Below the pieces are notes generated by a model, which was given only the letters and a program-made list of their open reading frames with translations, made no database searches and was not told the DNA's origin. A DNA stretch of 43,906 nt from Albugo candida (taxonomy: Eukaryota), in the NCBI GenBank assembly GCA_040437565.1, contig JBDOQK010000001.1, forward strand, positions 1,054,001 to 1,097,906. Direction: 5' to 3'. Position numbers and translations under genes: made by a program. This document shows positions 37,054 to 43,906 of this stretch, in pieces (the stretch's first letter is position 1; each line of letters begins with the position of its first letter).

Positions 37054-39900
37054 ATGCTCCATCATTCATTGCTCAGCTCCCATCATCTCACTTTGTTGTA
37101 TGACCGAAGAAAAGCGACTTGTGATGTACTTTTAGCGGCGACAGAAAAAGGGTTTGTTTTTGATCTATCACCGACATACTTTTATTGCACTGAGATGACT
37201 CTGCAAGTGTTATTTATCAGCTCGCGACCAAGAATGTAACGGGGTTACACTTGGTTAGTAACCGGTATCACAGTGTGTTACACATTTGGGACGCGCAAAG
37301 ATATCGGGGTATCTTATGAGTTTGTGAGGCGGACCATAATGGGTCCGGAGGATTCGGTCAAGTATTCGGGTATTACGTTCGGCCAGGAACCGACTCATTC
37401 GATGGTTATCTCAACTCTCGACAAGCGTTTTTACGATGGGTTTGGTATATGGTTTCGACGAGCACGAACTGTCCGTGGTCGACTACTGATTGCGGAGACG
37501 ATGATTTTATCACGGTTGTGGCATTATACGATGCACGTAAACATACCAGCAGAGACTATTCGACATTGGAAATCGATTTGTGCTTGGTCAGAAACACAAA
37601 AAAGGTTCAAAACATGTTCAACCTACTCAGCAAAGAGTTTTTATATCTTCGCCGACAAGATGGTGGACTACAAGTTCCCTTTTTGGTGGGACGATTAAAG
37701 CTACAACGTATTTAATTCCTTCAGCAGTTCGCATCCGATGCGTCAACAATTATTCGTGCGAACCGGACAACTGCTTCGACGGAATTATTACAACTTATCC
37801 AACCTCCCTTTGGACCACACAAGCCGATGGNNNNNNNNNNNNNNNNNNNNNNNNNNNNNNNNNNNNNNNNNNNNNNNNNNNNNNNNNNNNNNNNNNNNNN
37901 NNNNNNNNNNNNNNNNNNNNNNNNNNNNNNTTTACACCACGTTTAGTGCGCACGTTCGGTACTTTCGACGACAGTGTTACGACCAAGAGGAACGCATTCG
38001 GCTTGCACAGGTGCTGGAGCAACTCTCAACGCAAGGATCATTTGGTGGATTTTTCAGAAGTCGAAGATCATTGCTACGGGTCTGGCACAGGCGAGTGGGA
38101 AAGCGCAACTCGGATCCTAGTCCTAGTTGGCTGGTTATGCTCACGGTGGTGTGGCGCACACCAAATTGCACAACAGGGTACTTTTGGACCATTTTTACAA
38201 CTTTACAATTTCACAACTTTACAACTTAACAGCATTCACAAGCTGGACACAGTCTCGTATTGAGGGTGCTGAGGCTACTGCGATACGGGATTATCAACGA
38301 GAAGACATATTATCATCTCTAAAAGGTATTTCACGAAACGTTTTTATATGTATATATGTTATTTAAGATACCTAGGCAACTAGAGAAGTCAGTTAGTCTA
38401 ATTCTAGTAATATAGACACCTTTACCTGAGTTTGTGAGGCTGACGCGTGTCAGCCACCGAACATTATTACCTAGATTAGGTACGTTTATAGTAAGGTATT
38501 CTTTTAGATAAAAATAAATAAAGAACTGTCCCCTTTCGATCGATTAGAGACACGTGCCTTGTTAAGGCGTCTCAGATCTTGTGCACTTTGTGTTGTCGAT
38601 TCCAATCCTTTGGTCCCTTGAACAAGGACCGGAAGCTCTTCAGCTTGTTGACTCGTTGAGTCGAGTTCTCTCAAGAACTTAATTGCTCGCCTAGCAGATA
38701 GCCTTCCTCTGGCAAAGAGCTATAGTAGCTCCGCTACAAAGAATTGAAATGTGTTACAAGTTGTCCAGAATCTGATGACTTCCAGCTTCATTTGGCTCAC
38801 TTTACAGAGGTATGGACGTACTTGATCACAGGTCTTGGTAGTAAACAACTTGCACTTCTAGATGGATTTTCTCGTGAAAGAGATTACGAGTGTCAACATC
38901 ATCGAGAAGGTTACAAAAAGAAGATGTACTGGATTTTTCTTGGATTTGAAGGGAATGTTGCTTTCATGTGCGAATGAGATGTGATTTACAAGTGGCGTTC
39001 TGTATCACAGCACGATGGTATCAACCGACCAATTTGGCTCGCTCAAATCTCATTTCAGCAAGAGAAAGCGGTCACCATTTTTCTTGCTTTACGTGATACG
39101 ATATTTAGCACAGAAACTGAGATTGATAGTTTGGAAGCCACGCAATAACAGGTACTTTTTCAAATCTATTTTAAGGAGAAGTAAGATAAAGTATATCAAA
39201 AGCTCTAGAAGTTCGAGTAATCCGAGAAGATTCTCTCAATCTCCAGGAAATGGTGTTACCCATAGATCTATTCACTCTGTTCAAAGGATAGCACCATTTG
39301 TGGTGTTGACGATATATTAGTAATACGAGAGAGTTGCAAGTTAATGAAAATCAATTTGTAAGGGGTGCTAAATCCTTCTTTTGTTTTCCATTTTCATTTC
39401 TGTACGATCCCTTCAAATTTCGATGCTACAGATTTGATAGGCAGACATGGAATGTCCTCCATCACTCTTCCTCCAAAAGCGTAAGAAGTAACGTTTCCTT
39501 CTGTTTTTGGTTGATTTTTGTGACAACTGAAGCGATCAAACTCCATGAGAAATCCCAATTGTTCATATTCAAAAGTGATACATGACTGCTTCATACTATT
39601 TGAAATGTCATGCGTAAACAAGTGCTATAAATTATTAACGTGCACTTGTTCAGTCTTTGAGCTCAACAACCAAATCTCGAAGACAAAGTCGTTCAAGTTT
39701 TATAGTCTCTCTCCGTATGCAGATATGATACCTTCATGACTGGAAAATATGTCCTTTCAATTAAAAAAAAACTTTCTACATCTCGTTTGATGCTATTCAT
39801 GTTCCAAAAGTCAACCAAATGCATAGTGTAGATCTAGGTTGAATCAGATCGATGCGATGGTCTCTACGCACTTTTCTCGTTGCCCAGGTACAGAGAACTC
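37054..39900 (+). pseudogene. Possible decayed Cys-rich (CCG-like) gene interrupted by the truncated LINE
   Basis: Leader-like MLHHSLLSS at 37054. Removing the LINE and one TSD restores VCEADACQPP. Downstream fragments include SCALCVV, KCVTSCPE and SCVNKCYK. Heavily frameshifted. Confidence 0.33.
37331..38426 (+). mobile_element. 5'-truncated LINE copy (same family as 27588-34941) with a 14-bp TSD; internal part hidden by a gap
   Basis: TSD TGAGTTTGTGAGGC at 37317-37330 and 38427-38440. The copy starts at sequence homologous to ~32298 and contains the ORF2 C-terminus (YTTFSAHVRYFRRQCYD) and the 3' UTR ending GACACCTTTACC. Confidence 0.92.
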
Positions 39901-41752
39901 ACTATGGTCATTAATATTAGATTTTGCAGTGTATCAAGAATGCCTCCTCACCTATGTGGTCAATTCACAAATATGTTTGCTGCAAGCGAGAAGTGAGTGA
40001 AGACTCCGCTGGGCGTGAGGGTCATTAAGACACTTTGTTATCGATCTGATGCAATAGTACTGTTCCGCGTTGGAACCATATCTCTATGTCGATCCGTTGC
40101 TAATTGTTGGATACTAAGGATTTGAGTTCCGAATATAAGCTGACATTGTTGGGACCTTGAGTGGAGACTCTTCTAATTCAATGTGCTGATTTCTTCTTCG
40201 GGACGCATCAAAGCATAGCGACAAGGAGATATGCACTGAGATGTTCATCTTACAGACGCCCTGAGTGCATAAAATCACCTTCCCTACTATGGACCTATCT
40301 TGAACTACCTTTGACAAAAGCGAAGGACGTCAAGATTCAATGTTCTTGATCGCAAGAAATGATAGTCCAAAGACAAATTCATATATATGCTGTAGGGTCA
40401 TATTTGTGAGCTTATGCATAGTATTTTTTTCCTCTACTTCCTCACAATATCAGTCACAATGAATAGAGAATGTGCAGTACGTAATGTCAAATACTTTGTT
40501 GTTGATAATAGAATGCTGATAAATTCAGGTAGATTTTTTTATCACGGATGATGAAACTTTTTTCGATTCTTACTCTTATTGGAAATGTCTATCGATATCA
40601 TATCAGGAAGATACGTGATTAAAAAATAAAGATGCAGCGGTAGTCAATGCGTTGTAGGTCCTAATTTTTTTCATATGTAAAGCCACGCCAACTCAATTCT
40701 CATACGGAGACTACTCGAAAGCGAAGCAAATCTCACAAAGCGCCTATAACACCTCCCACGTTTCATCATAATCCATTGATGTTGATATGAATTTTTGTTT
40801 CGATTCTTATCATTCAAAGTATTTCAAACAAGAGAAGAATCAAGAACAATACCGCATATAATTGATCCAGGAGCTTTATCTGATAGACTCTAGGATCCTA
40901 TCTCACCAATTTCTTCCTACATTGCGCGTTCCTGACATATCTAGTGCACTTATATCGACGTGAAAGAGTGCAGATGTCTGGATTTATGCAAGCTCCAAAG
41001 AAATATTTGTCTATTTCAGGGCGTAGTCAAACAAGTGTGTTTGAACCATCAATGAGCTTGAACTCGTGTAGCTAACATATCATATCTTCCAACGTGGAGC
41101 AACACCCTATCTATCTATCAAATGATGGAAAAGGAAGCCGCTCTGCGTGAAAAATGAGTTGAGCTGTATACTTGATCGAAATAAGCTTTATTAGACGACA
41201 AGATGAGTGTTTCGTCGAGCATACATCCAAGCGTGCATAACAATGACTTATAAAGAGAGAATTTCCGATGGCTCCCAATACATCAAACATAGGATCAATT
41301 TTTTGCATATACAATAAACGAGTGTGGTCGGCAATGGACTTACCGACACCACAACTTCAAAATCTACGAATAATCTGCAAGAGCTTCAGCGCGATGATTT
41401 AGATTCATGCAATAGCGTGGTAGTATTGAAACGGTTCGCTTATGCAAAAAATATTTAAGTAGGGCATTGCTTTGTCCACCCGCGCTTCCCTTCCTGTGAT
41501 CTATAACTTTCATCTCCAAGACTGGACAGATACACAAGTAGAGAAAAGGCGATAATAGCGTGAGCCGCGATATATCATCTTTCTACATGAGAACGAATGA
41601 TATGGCGATGATCACACAAAGCCATGCTGAGTTGCGTTACGTCAAGCAACAAAGCTCTTACATAAGTGCTGGAACACGATTATAACACTCGAATCGCTCA
41701 AAGAAAACGTTGCTTTGACGCAGGAAGTGTCAGGTGCTAGCTTGCTTCGCAC

Positions 41753-42400
41753 ATCGAAATTTAGGCCAGTTTTCATAGGTGTATTACTAATTAGCTCGGT
41801 TTTAAAGCGGCTTGGCGCAGTTTGCTAGCTGATTTTTCTCACGTCATATACAGGAAAATGTGAGCGTTGACATGTCATATTAAGGTATACTATCAGAAGA
41901 AGCGGATCATTACAAATATAACACAAAATGTGCAAAATATACAATAGCTTTGATTTTGTCTCAAAGGCATGCCATCACGAAAAGTTTAATAGAGCTAAAC
42001 AACTGTGCAAGAACATAGAAGTATAGAATTCGTGCTAGTACATACTTAGGCTGAAAGAATCGATGCATTACGTTCAGATCCAGCAATCACGAAGTAAGAG
42101 AATGGGTGCAAAATCAAAAAGCAAAGTGTGCTGAAAGAAGGGATTCATTGGATTAGGATAAAAGCCTTCAAAATAATGGAAGGCTAGTGTGACAGTGGAT
42201 CATCCAAGGAGACTTTCAATAAAGACCAAAAAAAATGGGAAGAGTGATGTTGGTGTCGAACATCCGAGTAGTGTCAGTGGTAACATTGACAGAATTTTTG
42301 GACAGATTGGACAGCAAGAAAGGGTGATCTATCATTTGGTGTACATGGTGTACATTTGCGAGTCAATCGAGCAAATGACGCTATGAGATGCGTTGTATAT
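41753..42400 (+). pseudogene. Possible decayed CCG-like gene
   Basis: KFRPVFIGVLLISSVLKRLGA is signal-peptide-like, although ATCG stands where ATG is expected. It is followed by KCER*HVIL, where the stop is one base from Cys, and later FNRAKQLCKNIEV. Confidence 0.3.
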
Positions 42401-43838
42401 AAAAGCCATGAAGACGAAAACATATAAAGCGTTAGAAGCTATAATTCAGGCATACTTGGCTCCAGCCAACCAACTATACCAGCCGCATACAAGTAAGCTG
42501 GAATGACGCTAGATACGGAAATAAAGCTTAATAGAAACGGACGGAGTGTAGAATGCTCTTCAATAGAGTATTGTGTGCAGTTACAAGTTCATGCACACAA
42601 CAAATCACTATCGCAGCAGCAGGAAAGAGCTAAATAAACTGATCGTGATCGTATGCAAAGAAGCCAAAGTAACCCGCAGCATTAGACGGATAAGAGAGTT
42701 TGGTAAGATCACATCTGGCGATTATACCTCATAGAGCGTGATGGTGCTGTCCGAAGATGAACGGCTGTATATATGCCTTCAGTCTTCTCAAATCCAGCTT
42801 ACGAATCTCCTGATCACTTCTTTACTAAAATTCTCTAGTGTAGAGAAGAAGTTAGCGGAGTGATAGGTGGAAAATCTAGAAGTAAATTTAATATTTATGC
42901 TCGTTATCTTTCTTAAAACTCGTTACAAAACCACCGCACCGGATCAGCTCTAACGGAAGGTGCATAAAACGCCTGAAGTAAAAACGTCCATGACACCTTC
43001 CGACATTCTTTGCGAGAATCTTGCTGGTGGTGGGACACTACAAACAGCATATAGTATCCAGGACTTACTTCAATAAGTGCTGCTGTCGGGATTGCGTATC
43101 ACTTCGAAAAACGCTGCCTATCACTCAACGTGCCATTACCGCTCTTCTGACCATTTGATGAAGTATTGAGATGCCAAGAGGGGTCTTGCGAGCACTATAA
43201 GAAGATTTTATATTCAAATCTTATGTATTTCGATGGCCTTCAATGTGGAAAAATCAGTTTGATACGAGCTTCGTGTGTGTGCTACCTCGTTGCAGTAAAA
43301 ATTGACCACGTCAAGAAAAGCCTTGATGTGATTAGATAGTCTGCATCTAGCAAGGAATGGAGCCGATGATGGTTGAGACTGCCTAGTTGAATAAGTAACA
43401 CGAAGATGTTTAGCTGGAGCATGAGTTTGACGCGGCAGGCAAATTTAAAGAAGCAAGATTGTGGCATCAAGAAGGTGTATTGTTAGCTTTGATCGATGGC
43501 AACGTGAGCCCGCGAAGCTGACCCGCCAGTTTTAGGAAAAAATATTGAGTACTCCGTTCCAGTTTCCGTAACCTTTCTCATCGTTGTAAACGAAAATTGC
43601 TCCAACGCTATTCTTCCGAGAACCAAGTTGTTAGATGGTTTACATATCGCTTCATCATGGTATAGGGTGATCTCGATACCATCGATGACCAGAATAAATG
43701 GTACTCCATCTTCGTCTTTTTTTTTTCTGTTCATGCCGCGAAAATACCATCCTTTTTTTTTTTTTGAGGACGTAAGCTTTGGCAAGGAGCCGATGGAAAC
43801 TCGTGAGTGGAGGGGTAGGAGGTCGCAAGGTATTGTGG

Positions 43839-43906
43839 TTTAGGGTTTTAGGGTTTTAGGGTTGTAGGGTTGTAGGGTTGTAGGGTTGTAGGGTTGTAGG
43901 GTTGTA
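43839..43906 (+). repeat. Telomeric repeat array at the sequence end: TTTAGGG x1, TTTTAGGG x2, TTGTAGGG x5 plus a partial unit
   Basis: Read directly. The G-rich strand runs 5'->3' toward the end of the window, as expected at a right chromosome end. Confidence 0.9.

Noticed and set aside
43790-43825. LLPLHSRVS as a DEAH/RecQ telomere-linked helicase motif
   Set aside because: No other helicase motif in the adjacent translation, and the match is too short to support a call.

Overview
Eukaryotic, AT-rich scaffold end, most likely from an oomycete. An Albugo-like organism is inferred from the ~50-70 nt GT-AG introns, the copia primer-binding site GGTTATGAGCCC, the LINE type and the Cys-patterned decayed secreted-protein genes. 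The left ~12.5 kb is gene-dense: a 3-exon Mei2-like RRM gene, a DUF924-TilS (tRNA-Ile lysidine synthase-like) fusion, a 5-exon hypothetical gene whose start codon lies only 49 bp from the TilS start (head-to-head), a UMP-CMP kinase, and PEX11. The second PEX11 copy is almost certainly a scaffolding artefact. The remaining ~31 kb is gene-poor subtelomere. It holds a degenerate Ty1/copia element nested in the 3' LTR of a second copia, a near full-length degenerate L1/Tx1-type LINE carrying a solo LTR, a 5'-truncated copy of that LINE family with a 14-bp TSD, and several frameshifted Cys-rich (CCG/CHxC effector-like) remnants. The window ends in a telomere-type array that changes from TTTAGGG to TTTTAGGG to an unusual TTGTAGGG. 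The most notable items are the variant telomere repeat with its abrupt junction, the untargeted DUF924-TilS fusion, an antisense RNase H fragment captured inside an LTR, a putative pseudoknot at the LINE 3' end, and a possible effector graveyard. Of the seven 100-N gaps, five are flanked by duplicated sequence.
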